From Octopus vulgaris (lineage: Eukaryota): a stretch of DNA of 64,000 bases. The stretch spans positions 23,994,001 through 24,058,000 of the forward strand of contig OX597831.1 in the NCBI GenBank assembly GCA_951406725.2. The letters run 5' to 3'. Positions 38,930-52,293 of this stretch are shown piece by piece (position 1 is the stretch's first letter; each line of letters opens with the position of its first letter). The translations under genes and the position numbers were made by a program. The notes under the pieces are model-generated. The model was not told the origin of the DNA, searched no databases, and saw only the letters and a list, made by a program, of their open reading frames with translations.

Positions 38930-39266
38930 TGTATATATGAATGTATATTTTGACCACCACATATATATATATATATATATATATATTACATTATATGTAC
39001 TTGTGATATTTTTCTGTATTTACCCCCAAACCTTCGTGAGCTGTCTAGAGTGAACATTATCTGAGAGAAATTTTCTTTAAGTAGTAGAAATGCTAATAAA
39101 AATTTTTTTTGGCTGCTATTTCTACTAAGTTCAGTATGTGGCAAAGTAATTTATTTTACTAAGCCCTAATTATATAATGTAATATTTTGAATTCGCCTTA
39201 AATGGTCCTTTTACATACTGAACACTTGGTGAAATTGATTAATTAATTAATTTTACCCTCAATTGT

Positions 39267-39300
<34 letters not shown>

Positions 39301-39354
39301 GCACACACACACACAAACACTCATGCACATGTGTATGGTGGTCTTCATTATCCT

Positions 39355-39630
39355 CATCATTGTCAATTAATGTCCACTTTCTATGCTGGCATGGGTGGGA
39401 CAGTTTGACTAAGAACTGGCAAGCCAGGAGGTTGTACTAGTCTCCAGTCTGATCTGGCAAGGTTTCTACAGCTAGATGCCCTTCCTAATGCCAACCCCTC
39501 TGAGAATGTAATGGGTGCTTTTACATTACCACTGGTACAGGAGCCAGTCAAGTGGCATTGACATCGGTCATGTTTGAATGGCACTTTTTACATACCACCA
39601 ACACAGGTGCCTGTCAGATGACATCGGCCA
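39355..39630 (-). mobile_element. Diverged family D element
   Basis: ctacagctagatgcccttcctaatgccaacc motif. Confidence 0.75.
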
Positions 39631-39939
39631 CACTATATTGTTATATACATCCGCAATTACATATATATACATAGATATGTATACATGTCCAACCCGTGCT
39701 AGTGCGGAAAACGGACGTTAAATGATGATGATGATGATGATGTGCATGCACTCATTTGTATACATATTTACATACATACCCTTTCCCAAGTCAAGTTGCC
39801 ATGCAGTGGTACTGAACTCAGAACCATGTCATTCAGAAGCGAACAGCTTACCACGCAACCACACCTGCTCCTAAATACTTGTTTTGAAAGACGATTGGGT
39901 GTTTGCTTTTTCAGAATCAACAAGTTACTACATCAAACA

Positions 39940-40307
39940 GCTTGTGATGATGATAGTGTCGGGTGTATATATGCTTATGGTAATTGAATTAATGGCAATA
40001 ATGATGATGATGATGATGTTGTTGCTGATGGTGGTGGTGGTGGTGGCGGTGGTGGTAGTAGTGGTGGTGGGAGTAATGGAATGAGAATGAAGGTTATGAT
40101 GAGGATGATGGTGGTGGTGCTGGTGGTGGTGGTGGTGGTGGTGGTAGTGGTGCTGGTAGTGGTGATTATAATGAATGTGATGGAAACGATGCTGAAGCTG
40201 GGGGCAATAGCAGTGATGCAAATGATGACGGTTACGATGATGGTATTAATGTTCGTGGTATATATATTTAGCAATAGAGCCGATGGCGGCGATGATGTTG
40301 ACAGTCG

Positions 40308-40351
<44 letters not shown>

Positions 40352-40370
40352 TTGATGATAATGATGATGA

Positions 40371-40404
<34 letters not shown>

Positions 40405-40465
40405 GGTGATTTTTGTGGTTATAATAATGATTTATTTTATATGATAATAATAATAATAATAATGA

Positions 40466-40512
<47 letters not shown>

Positions 40513-40527
40513 TTAATAATAATAATG

Positions 40528-40582
<55 letters not shown>

Positions 40583-40608
40583 TAATAATAATAATAATAA
40601 TAATAATG

Positions 40609-40673
<65 letters not shown>

Positions 40674-40708
40674 CAACAACAATAATAATAATAATAACAA
40701 TAATAATG

Positions 40709-40745
<37 letters not shown>

Positions 40746-40773
40746 CAACAATAATAATAATAATAATAATAAC

Positions 40774-40806
<33 letters not shown>

Positions 40807-40836
40807 TATAATAAAAATATTAATAATAATAATAAC

Positions 40837-40877
<41 letters not shown>

Positions 40878-40917
40878 TAATAATGATAATAATAATAATA
40901 ATAATAACAACAACAAC

Positions 40918-40973
<56 letters not shown>

Positions 40974-40980
40974 TAATGTG
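39940..40980. repeat. Compound trinucleotide tract (GGT/GAT/AAT/AAC)
   Basis: Visible directly; source of the 310-aa low-complexity ORF. Confidence 0.95.
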
Positions 40981-41258
40981 AGTGTATGGAATCTTTTAAT
41001 GAATTTATTTTAAGTACATTAAGAAAGTTGTTAACTTCAATTTATCACAATCTCTTTCATCTTTTATATTTAGTTAATATTTATTTTCACATTATATTTA
41101 ATCTCCAAATTAAAATTATAAAAATGTGTCTGCGTAACTGATGGTGTGTGTATGCAGGCAACGGACGTGTATGCGTGACTATATGTACGTGGTGTGTATG
41201 CGTGTATGTCTATATGTGTATATATATATATATATGTGTGTGTAAATATATATGTATA

Positions 41259-41301
<43 letters not shown>

Positions 41302-41316
41302 TCATCATCATCATCA

Positions 41317-41352
<36 letters not shown>

Positions 41353-41400
41353 TATATACATATATATATGTGTATATATATATATGTATATATATATGTA

Positions 41401-41469
<69 letters not shown>

Positions 41470-41634
41470 ATACATATATGCATATATACACACACCATCA
41501 TCATCATCGTTGTTTAACATCCATTTTCCATGCTGGCATGGGTTAGTTGGCTTGACAGGAGCCGACCAGCTGAAGAGCTGTTCAGGCTCTATGTCTGTTT
41601 TGGCATGGCTTCTATGGCAGGACACCCTTCCTGG

Positions 41635-42057
41635 TTATTTACATTATTTACATTATTTACATTTGACATATATTTGTCCTCATCTTGTTTGTTGTTAACA
41701 CAACATTTCAGCTGATATACCCTCCAGCCTTCATCAGGTGTCTTGGGGAAATTTAGAACCTGGGTTCTCATTCTTAATGTATTTTTTGATGCATATGGCA
41801 TAGTGGTTAGTGCAGCTACTAACCCCACGATTCCAAGTTCAATTCCAGGCAGTGACCTGAATGATGATGATGATGATGTCCACAACGACAACATCTTTAA
41901 GAATGAGAACCCTGGTTCAAGATTTCCCCAAGATACCAGATGAAAGCTGGAGGGTGTATCAGCGAAAACGTTGTGTTAACAACTAACAAGATGAGGACAA
42001 ATATCCAGCAAATGTAAATAATGTAAATAATTCCTCATCTTTTAAATATAAAACTGT
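41635..42057. mobile_element. Family E inverted dimer (copy 2), inserted into a family D element
   Basis: Truncated minus arm 41635-41790. Plus arm has A-box-like tggcatagtgg (41796), B-box-like aagttcaattcc (41835), (GAT)n, an HHR-like motif and the full 3' end. The host family D sequence ccttcct is present on both sides. Confidence 0.8.
41697..41742 (-). ncRNA. Minimal type I hammerhead ribozyme motif (best-preserved family E arm)
   Basis: Minus strand: gacac-CTGATGA-a-ggctg-gagggtatat-cagct-GAAA-tg-TT-gtgtt. Family consensus from four arms is gacacCTGATGAaggctggagggtatatcagccGAAAcgTTgtgtt. Confidence 0.65.
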
Positions 42058-42439
42058 ATTATCCTTCCTAGTGCCTACCACTTTACAGACAGTGGTGGGT
42101 GCCGTTTTTGTGGCACCAGCACAGGTGCCATTTACATGGCACTGGCATAGGTTGCAATCAATGTGTGTATGTTTGTGTGTCTGTGTTTGTCCCCCCAACA
42201 TTGCTTGACAACCGATGCTGGTGTGTTTACACCCCCGTAACTTAGCAGTTTGGCAAAAGAGAGTGATAGAATAAGTACTAGGCTTACAAAGAATAAGTTC
42301 TGGGGTCGATTTGCTCGACTAAAGAGTAAAAGAGTAAAATACCATATTTGTATCATGAGGCAGTGTTCAAACATAGCTAAAAATAAACAAAAATATAAAA
42401 AATAACCTACTTTTCTCTAAGTCTGTTTTTGATATACTG

Positions 42440-42868
42440 TTTCCAAGCTTTGGACAAGGCCAGCATTTTTGGAAGATGGGGTGAATCTATTACATTGACC
42501 CCAGGGTCAACTGGTTTAAATTTTTGACCATTCTTGAATGAATGAAGGACAAATAAAACGTAGGTGAAATTTGAACCCAGAACATCACAACAGAATGCCA
42601 CAAAACATTTTTCCCAGTGTTCTAACGATTCTGCCAGATTCTTTTCTACTCAAGGAACAAGGGCAGAAATGTTTTGGGAGGGAGGGAGGGAGGAGCAGTT
42701 GATTAGATCAACCCCCCAGTATGCAATTGGTACTTAATTTATCGACCCCTGAAAAGATAAAAGGCAAAGTCGACCTCAGCGGAATTTGAACTCAGAATTT
42801 GAACTCAGACAGACGAAATACTGCTAAGCATTTCTCTTGGCATGGTAAGGATTCTACCAGCTAACCCC
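42440..42868 (-). mobile_element. Two family B SINE variants
   Basis: ggtacttaatttatcgacccctgaaaagataaaaggcaaagtcgacctcagcggaatttgaactcag, preceded by a more diverged copy. Confidence 0.7.
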
Positions 42869-43179
42869 TTAATTAAGCCTGATATATTTGAAAACAAAAT
42901 AAATAAATAAATAAATATATAAATAAATTAATAATTAAATATATAAGTAAAGTTAATATCAGTCCATCATTGTTGTTATTTTTCTATCTTATTTTCTAAA
43001 TAGTATTTTTTGCTGTTTTTTTTTGTTTCATTTTTCCTTATTTTTTTTTTTACCTTCTTTGTTTACTTTGTCATGTAGTTTGGCACTAATTAACATCAGT
43101 TCTTAACGGGATTAGATTATTAATAATGAAAATAATGACATAGCTACATTGTGTTATTTGATTGTCTCTTATATCTATT

Positions 43180-43185
43180 TGCTGT

Positions 43186-43217
<32 letters not shown>

Positions 43218-43535
43218 TTGTTGTTGTTGTTGTTGCTGCTGCTGCTGTTTCTTGCTTTATGTATGTGTGTGTGAGAAAATGTGTGAGCTTGTGTGTGTGT
43301 GTCTGTGTGTATGTGTTTGTTTGTGAATGTGTTTATGTGTGTGTGTGTGTTGTGTGTGTCTGTGTGTGCCAGAAGGTGTTTGTGTGTGGGTGTGTTTGTG
43401 TGTGTTTGTGTTTGTGTGAGTGTGTTTGTGTGTGTGTGTGTGTGTGTTTGTGTGTGTTTGTGTGGGTGTATGTGTGTGTGTATGTGTGTGTTTGCGTGTG
43501 TGTGTGTTTGTGTGGGTGTACGTGTGTGTGTATGT

Positions 43536-43567
<32 letters not shown>

Positions 43568-43590
43568 TTGTGTGGGCGTATGTGTGTGTG
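43180..43590. repeat. (GCT/GTT)n followed by degenerate (TG)n
   Basis: Visible directly. Confidence 0.9.
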
Positions 43591-44159
43591 TCAGTGTGCT
43601 TTTTATATGAAAATAATGACATTGTTTTTGACTTTGTGGGAATATCTCACCTTTCACTCTGTGTGTGTGTGCATGTATGTGTGATGGCTGAGTATATGAG
43701 TGCATGTGTGTGTATGTATATGTGCATGCATATGCATATGTGAATATGTATATATATATATATATATGTATATGTGTGTTTGTGAATATATATGCATGGA
43801 GACATGTATAAGTGCATGTGTAAGTGTGTGTAAGTGAATGTATGTACATATGTGTATGTGTGTGTAAATCTGATTATGTGTGTATATTTATGGGTGCATG
43901 CATGGGTATATTAGAATATATATGTGTGTGTGTGTGTGTTCATTCACACATGTATATGGATATGCATTTGTGTGTATATATATGTGTGTATGTGTGTGTA
44001 AGCAAGTGCATGTGTATATGTGTGTAATATATGTGAATAGGTGTCTGCATGTGTGTAAGTGAATGTATATGCCTATGTGTACACGTGTGTAAATCTGTGT
44101 ATGTATGCATATGTATGAGTGCATGCATAGGTATATTAGAGTATTTTTATGTGTGTGTG

Positions 44160-44695
44160 TGTGTGTGTTATTTCACACATGTATGTGGATAAGTATTTGT
44201 ATGTGTGTGTGTGTGTGTGTTCATTCACACATGTATGTGGATAAGTATTTGTATGTGTGTGTGTGTGTGTGTTCATTCACACATGTATGTGGATAAGTAT
44301 TTGTATGTGTGTGAGTGTGTGTGTGTTTGTGTGTGTTCATTCACACATGTATGCGGATAAGTATTTGTATATGTGTGTGTGTGTGTGTGTTATTTCACAC
44401 ATGTATGTGGATAAGTATTTGTATGTGTGCATGTGTGTGTGTTCATTCACACATGTATGTGGATAAGTATTTGTATATGTGTGTGTGTGTTCATTCACAC
44501 ATGTATGTGGATAAGTATTTGTATGTGTGTGAGTGTGTGTGTGTTTGTGTGTGTTCATTCACACATGTATGCGGATAAGTATTTGTATGTGTGTGTGTGT
44601 GTGTTCATTCGCACATGTATGTGGATAAGTATTTGTATGTGTGTGTGTGTGTGTGTTCATTCACACATGTATGTGAATATGTATTTGTATATGTG
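44160..44695. repeat. Minisatellite: constant core plus variable (TG)n spacer, about 10 units
   Basis: Core tcattcacacatgtatgtggataagtatttgtat repeated every 48-62 bp. Confidence 0.9.
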
Positions 44696-44723
44696 TGCGT
44701 GTACATATATATCTGCGTATGTG

Positions 44724-44756
<33 letters not shown>

Positions 44757-45394
44757 CTGTGTATGCAAACATGTGCATGTGTATATTGTGTTTATACATG
44801 GTCAAACATGCGTGAGTGGCTATATTTCTACTGCAGGAGGTACTGAGATTCATTCTTGCAAAGGTTTATTTCAATTTGCTTAAGCGTTTAAAGAAGAGAT
44901 GGGGGTCAGGAGAGAAAAATTTTCTGACCTAAAGGTCAATGGCTTATATATATGTATTCATATACCACTTCAGCTGGTACTCTCTGCTTCTCAATCATCT
45001 CAGCCAAATGCAGCTCTCACAAATCTCTCTCTCTCTCTCTTGCACATATATACATGCATTATCTCTGTGGCATTGCAGCTGCTGCACAAGTAAAAATTCT
45101 TGACTGCATTCAAAATAAATTGCAGTCTGCATCAACATCATCATCCTCATCATCATCATCATCATCATCAACAGTATGCTACAACTGCATGCTTACTTAC
45201 TGAAAAGTTCTATGTATCTCTGTATCCTCCTACTTCTTCTCACTCTGCAGCTACAATGACCTCTGCTCCTCAGAATAATCATGCTATGGATCACTATCAT
45301 CTTCGACTTAGTCAAGGCATCTTATTCAAGTGGTCATTCCACCTACTAGAAATAACAGCCAAATTTTCCCTTCAAATTACACCTTTCTTTTATT

Positions 45395-45610
45395 CTTTCT
45401 TTTTTAATTTGTTTCGGTCATTTGACTGTGGCCATGCTGGAGCACCACCTTTTTAGTCAAACAAATCGACCAAGGATTTATTCTTTGTAAGCCTAGTACT
45501 TATTCTTTCAGTCTCTTTTGCCAAAGCACTAAGTCATAGGGATGTAAATACACCATCATCGATTGTCAATAGATGGTGGGAGGACAAACACAGTCACACA
45601 TACATATACT
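45395..45610 (-). mobile_element. Family A SINE 3' part
   Basis: ttgtttcggtcatttgactgtggccatgctggagcacc... Confidence 0.8.
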
Positions 45611-46198
45611 CACACATACATATACATATATATATATATATATATATATGGCTGTGTGTTAAGTAGCTTGCTTACCAACCAGTAGTTCTATTCAGTTTAA
45701 TTTATTAGTTTTTAATTTTTCAATTTTTTGATAATATAAATTTCATTTCATAAATCTATATTATTAAAAAATTAAAAAATAATCAATTAAATTGATTAGA
45801 ACTACAAGTGAAGTCCTTCTTTTCCTTTTTTTCAAATATATATATTTATGTGTGAGTGTGTGTGTGTATATATATTTGTATATGTAAAGTAACAGTATTA
45901 GAAAAAATCATTGGTTTCATATCTAGCATGAATTAGACATATCTTCAGTTGCTCTAAATGATGAGTGTTCTCTGCAAAGAATGTTTTTTAAAAACATAAG
46001 AACTCTGGTGATAGTTGAAGAAATATTATGGCTGGGCTAGCTATCTTCCTTCGCTTGATAGCTCGGGTTTCTTTGATAGCTAGGGTTTCCAATTTTGAAG
46101 TAAAAATTTCTGAAAATATTAGATTGTTTCACCTGAAATGTCACATTTGAAAAGGAAACATTAAAATTGTTTTTTTTAAGTTTTAGAATATTTATTAT

Positions 46199-46990
46199 TT
46201 AATCAAAATATGATCCTTGTTCATTTATGACCTTCATCCAGCATTCCTCTAAGGCATATATTCCATCTTCAAAGAATTTGTCATCCTTTACACAGATAAA
46301 CTGTTTGAATGCTTCAATTATCTCTTCTTTATTTAAGAATTTATTATCGCATATAGCAAGCTCAAAGTGTTTAAATATCTGATAATCAGTTGGAGAGATA
46401 TCAGGAGAATAAGGAGGATATGCCAAAATTTCATAATTCAGGCATTGCAACTTGAGAAGTGTGAGGTCGTGCATTATCATGAAGCAAAATTGGGCCATCT
46501 CTATTCACAAATCTGGGTTGGTTCTTTTTTAATTTTTCAAGCATACAATCACTTTCCTGACAATAGGATGTTGCTGTTACAGTTTTTCCTTGTTGCAAAA
46601 ATGAATATTGAATAACCCCCTTTGTTGACCACCATACAGTGACCATTAACATTTATGGGTGCAATGGTGGTTTTGGGGTAGTGTTTTGGTGGCTCATCTG
46701 CATCTAACCACTGTCCCGTCTTCCTCCTGTTATCAAAGATTGTGCATTTTTCATCACACATAATGAACCAATACAAAGATGGTTCTTCTTCCAAATGAGA
46801 AATCAACATGGAACATACTGTAAGGCGTCTGTTTCTTTGTATCTCATTAAGTTGATGGGGAACAAATCTATTCATCTTTTTTACTTTTCCAATTTTCTTC
46901 AAGTGTTAAGAAACAGTTGCAGGAGATGTCTGGAGACCTAATCCAATTTTTCAGACAGCTGTTTTTGGATTTCATTTTCGGATTTCATTG
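46199..46990 (-). pseudogene. Mariner (DD34D) transposase pseudogene, frameshifted
   Basis: Overlapping ORFs give FVPHQL (WVPHEL-like), CDEK, MVTVWWS..GVI, LLHDNARPH, PPYSPDISPTDY (YSPDL-like) and FFEDGI...W.KVI..GSYFD. TIRs not evident. Confidence 0.92.
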
Positions 46991-47154
46991 TCACAAGAGA
47001 TGTGGGCAGCAATTTTGAATAATAGTATTGTCTAGAAAGAAAAAGAATTAAGAGTAAACACATGCATATACATAGAAACTCATTAAAAATCCATTTATAG
47101 ATGACTCATAAGAAACCCATTTAAAATACACTTTCATGTGAGACAACCTCATGG

Positions 47155-47538
47155 CAGTCCATCGGTTACAATGACAAGGGTTCCAATTGATCCAGTCAAT
47201 GGAACAGCCTGTTCATGAAATTAGCGTGTGAATGGCAAAGCACTCCACAGACACAGGTACCCATAATACAGTTCTCAGATGAGTTTCAGCATGACACAGA
47301 GTGTGACAAGGCTGGCCCTTTCAAATATAGGTACAACAGAAATAGGAAGAAAGAGTGAGAGAAAGTTGTGGTGAAGGAGTACAGCAGGGTTCACCACCAC
47401 CCACTATCAGAGCCTCTAAGAGCTTTTTGGATTTTTTTTTCGCTCAGTAAACATTCACAAAGCACGGTCTGGGAATTGAAACCATGATCCTACAACCGCG
47501 AGTCCACCACCCTAACCACTGGGCCTTTGCACCTCCAC
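47155..47538 (-). mobile_element. Family C-type SINE, chimeric
   Basis: Head/body matches 63000-63190; tail matches 6190-6370. Confidence 0.75.
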
Positions 47539-48716
47539 TGAGACACCCTAATACACACTTATATATATATATATACTTTTTATTAAAGCTTCAAAATTAC
47601 ATATAAACAAATAACAGATATGGTTACTGGTTCATAATACATCTGTTGATATTTGTTTATCATTCACCTCCTCAGAGTTTCACATTCTCATTCATTGAAA
47701 AAGAACATGAAATTCTGAGTTCTGTGTACTCTGTCTTTGGTATTCGAGTACTATCCTTACCACCTTGTTTTCTTGGGTTTCTTTCAGTTTTTGTCAATCA
47801 AATCCATTTCACAAGGCTTTGGACAGCCCTGGGCTATAGTAGAAAATGCATGCTCAGGGTGGTATACAGTGGGACTGAACCCAGAACCATATGGTTGTGA
47901 AACAAATTTCTTACTACACAGCCAGTCCCACCACACACACACACACATGAAATGTTGCAAGGCATATTAAGCACAATATGTGGAATATGTATGAAGGCCA
48001 AAATGAAAGTAGGCATGAAGCTTTCCAGCTTTCACACAGATTAGAAATGACAGCATGCAAGAATAATAGAACACAGGTGAGCTGGAAGGAAAAGAAAACA
48101 GCCATTAAAAGATTCGGTTGTTAAGGGGAAAAGGAAGAGACTTCATTTAGCAGTACATGCGTATGACAAGTATGAAGGGTGAGAGCTGGGGTGAAAAAGC
48201 GTCTGTGATCTTAATGGATGGAAGAAAAGAAGATGAAGGAAAATATCAGAGGCAGTGAGGATTGATTATTTCAGGAAGCCAAAGTTTGCAAAGAGGATGA
48301 AAAGTGACCACAATGCGGTGAAATACTAACATGGTGTAAACCCGTGTAAATATGTAATGAACAAATATACATGAAACAATAATGGTTATATCTATTTAGC
48401 TTTCAGTCTCTCTATCTGCCTGCCTGTTTGTCTATCTGTCTGTTTATCTATCTATCTGTCTGTCTGTCTATCCTTCTATCTATCCATCTCTCTATCCATC
48501 TCTCTATCCATCAATTTATCCATCTATCTATCTATCTATATATCTGTCCATCCATCCATCCATTCATCTGTTTGTCCATCCATCCATTCATTCATTTGCC
48601 CATCTGTCCATCCAGCCATCTGTCTGTTCATCTGTCCATCTCTCTGTCCATCAATCCATCCATCCATCCATCAATCCAATCATCTTCAGTTTGCAGCATA
48701 TGTTTTTCCAGTTCCT

Positions 48717-48914
48717 GCTGCTGAAGAGGAAATAATCACTCTGAAATGCATGCATCCAACTGTCTTGTTAGGGAATGCTCTGAACTGGCTCAGCGTAATT
48801 ACATCTGTCTACAGCAATATAATAAGAGATATCTATCTCTTGCTCATTTTTAGACTGCCCCTTTCTGGGGTCTGATGCTGAAGAAGAGATAACCACTCCA
48901 AAATGCATACATCC
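48717..48914 (+). ncRNA. Two tandem decayed type I hammerhead motifs, 157 bp apart
   Basis: gctg-CTGAAGA-ggaa-ataatca-ctct-GAAA-tgca-TG-catc (48717-48756) and gatg-CTGAAGA-agag-ataacca-ctcc-AAAA-tgca-TA-catc (48874-48913). The consensus is a complete HHR. Confidence 0.55.
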
Positions 48915-49107
48915 ATCAATCTGCTAAGTGGGTGCATCAAACAGATTTGATGTGTTTACACCAATTTGGTTATAGCACCAAATTTTCTCCATCACAAATT
49001 ACAGTGAACAGCTTTCTTATGGCTTCAAGCATGCCCCAATAATATTTCAACTGGTAATGAGTTTGCACTTACACACATCAATGCTTAGCACTGTCACCCA
49101 ATAGTTG

Positions 49108-49184
<77 letters not shown>

Positions 49185-49229
49185 ACATAGATAGATAGCT
49201 AGATAGATAGATAGGCAGACAGCATTGTG

Positions 49230-49409
49230 GGTGCAGGAATGGCTGCGTGGTAACTATCTTGCTTACCAACCACGTTGTTCCGGGTTCGGTTCCACTGCAT
49301 GGCACCTTGCGCAAGTGTCTTCTACTATAGCCTCAGGCCGACCAAAGCCTTGTGAGGGGATTTGGTTGACAGAAACTGAAAAGAAGCCCGTCGTATATAT
49401 GTATATATG

Positions 49410-49478
<69 letters not shown>

Positions 49479-49697
49479 ATATGTTTGTGTGTCTGTATTT
49501 GTGCCCCCAACATTGCTTGTCAACTGATGCTGGTGCGTTTACGTCCCCGTAACTTTGCGGTTCGGCAAAAGAGACCGATAGAATAAGTACTAGGCTTACA
49601 AAAGACCAAGTCCTGGGGTCGATTTGCTTGATTAAAGGCGGTGCTCCAGCATGGCCACAGTCAAATGACTGAAACAAGTAAAAGAGTAAAAGAGTAG
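49230..49697 (+). mobile_element. Family A SINE, full length
   Basis: Complete head, body and tail. Confidence 0.9.
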
Positions 49698-49967
49698 ACA
49701 GACATTTAGATACATAGATAGATAGATAGATATGTGTATGTATGAATATACCTGAGTCTGTATGTGACTGTGTGTGTGTGTGTACACGTGTGCATGTATG
49801 TATGTACACCGCATTAACAAAACTTCTGCAGTCTAAAAGTCTAAACATACACAACAATACACATTGGCATTTCATTTCAACCATATACTTGTATATGAGT
49901 AATATGATACATCTTAACTTAACTCATCTCTCATCTCATTCGGTTTCATGAAAGGCAATACATTTAC

Positions 49968-50002
<35 letters not shown>

Positions 50003-50083
50003 TGATAACAACAACAACAGCAGCAATATTAATGATAATGATAATATTAATAATAGTATTAAAAATAATATTATTATTCATAA

Positions 50084-50152
<69 letters not shown>

Positions 50153-50241
50153 TGATAACAACAACAACAGCAGCAATATTAATGATAATGATAATATTAA
50201 TAATAATATTAAAAATAATATTATTATTCATAGTAGTAGTA

Positions 50242-50290
<49 letters not shown>

Positions 50291-50376
50291 TAACAACAAC
50301 AACAGCAGCAATATTAATGATAATGATAATATTAATAATAATATCAAAAATAATATTATTATTCATAATAGTAGTA

Positions 50377-50416
<40 letters not shown>

Positions 50417-50502
50417 TAACAACAACAACAGCAGCAATATTAATGATAATGATAATATTAATAATAATATCAAAAATAATATTATTATTCATAATAGTAG
50501 TA

Positions 50503-50575
<73 letters not shown>

Positions 50576-50719
50576 TAACAACAACAACAGCAGCAATATT
50601 AATGATAATGATAATATTAATAATAATATCAAAAATAATATTATTATTCATAATAGTAGTAGTAGTAATAATAATAATAATAATAATAATAAAACTAATA
50701 ATAATAATAATAATACTGC

Positions 50720-50752
<33 letters not shown>

Positions 50753-50765
50753 TAATTATAATAAT
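49968..50765. repeat. Higher-order repeat of a compound trinucleotide unit, 5 copies
   Basis: Core atgataacaacaacaacagcagcaatattaatgataatg...attattattcata at about 50002, 50152, 50287, 50413 and 50572, with variable (GTA)n(ATA)n spacers. Confidence 0.9.
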
Positions 50766-51708
50766 GGATATGTAGATGTAGATGAATGTATAATACAATG
50801 TAATATCCATATCAACATCTTTATCGATATCATAACAGTGGCATATCTCCGTGGACAGGGACGATATTCATTGATGAAAACATGGGGAAACTATAGACTT
50901 GATTAAGTTATGTATATTAATGGATCTACATACACGTTTACATTCATACCATTAATGCATATGTAACAGGCATGTGCATGCATTTTCGTATATGTGTATG
51001 TATTTCTGTGTGTGTGTGTGTGCATGCGTGTTTTGTTTGCCTCATTTGCGTACATAGAAATAAATGTTTTGCAATACAATATCACCATGGTACTTTTATC
51101 GTATCTCTCACTATTTCTTCCTTTATCTCACGCTCTCTCACCCAGTGTATGTACATGTATGTATATATAAATATACGAATTTTTTGCGTAATGAGATAAA
51201 AAATGTATATATAAATATATATATATAAGTATATATATACATACATACATACATACATATATATACATACATATATATGTATATGCATGTGTGTATACAC
51301 ATAATTATACATATATGTATCCCCCACTTTTTCTTTTTCTTTCTTTCTATCTCCTTCTTCCTCTCTCTCTTTCTTGATCTCTTTCTCTCTCTATATATAT
51401 ATGTATATATATATTTATATTTATCTATCTGTTTATCTATCTATCTCTTTCCCTCTCTCTATGCACATATATATGCTTGTATGTCTGTGTGTGTATGTAT
51501 GTGCATGTTTGTTTGTATGTATACATGCTTGTATGTATGTATGTATGTAAAAGAAAAGAGGATGAGCATTGATTTGGTAGTTTTTATTTCATCATATATG
51601 TATGTTTCAGAGTTCAGCAACCCAAGAAATATTTTCATACAATTAACATCCTAGCCAAAGCCTAAATGGTATCCTTGTTGTGCCTTATGCATACACAAAC
51701 ACACACAA

Positions 51709-52065
51709 TGGGCTTCTTTCAGTTTCCATCTACAAAATCCACTCACAAGACATTGGTTAGTCCGAGGCTATAGTAGAAGACACTTGCCCAAGGTGCTATG
51801 CAGTGGGACTGAACCCGGAACGGTATGGTTGGGAAGCAAGCTTCTTACCACGCAGCCACGCCTGTACCTATATACATAGCAATATTATTACACATGTGCT
51901 GTCAGTGATTTCTTTTCCTTCTTTGGACTTTTCCTTTTCTCCTTTCTGACAAAGAGCTATGCTTGAAACATCAAACTCTCTCTTTTCGCCAAGCATCAAG
52001 CTAATACGTTTTTTTTTTGTGCACATCCTCTTGTTGTCTGTTAACTTTATTCACATATTTGAACT

Positions 52066-52119
<54 letters not shown>

Positions 52120-52270
52120 GGGTTCAGTCCCACAGCATGGCACCTTGGGCAAGTGTCTTCTACTATAGCCTTGGGCCGACCTAAGCCTTGTGAGTGGATT
52201 TGGTAGACAGAAACTGAAAGAAGCCTGTCGTATATATGTATATACATGTATGTGTATGTGTATGTGTGTG
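51709..52270. mobile_element. Two family A 5' halves in opposite orientation (51709-51868 minus; 52118-52270 plus)
   Basis: Head-region homology on each strand. Confidence 0.8.
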
Positions 52271-52293
52271 TGTATTTATATATATATGACAAA

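Noticed and set aside
40081-41013. 310-aa ORF and other long low-complexity ORFs (YI, CV, HT, poly-I/N/T)
   Set aside because: Translations of microsatellites with no domain content.
41796-41860. tRNA gene (also the heads of SINE families A-C)
   Set aside because: A/B-box-like motifs only, without a full cloverleaf; these are tRNA-derived repeat heads.
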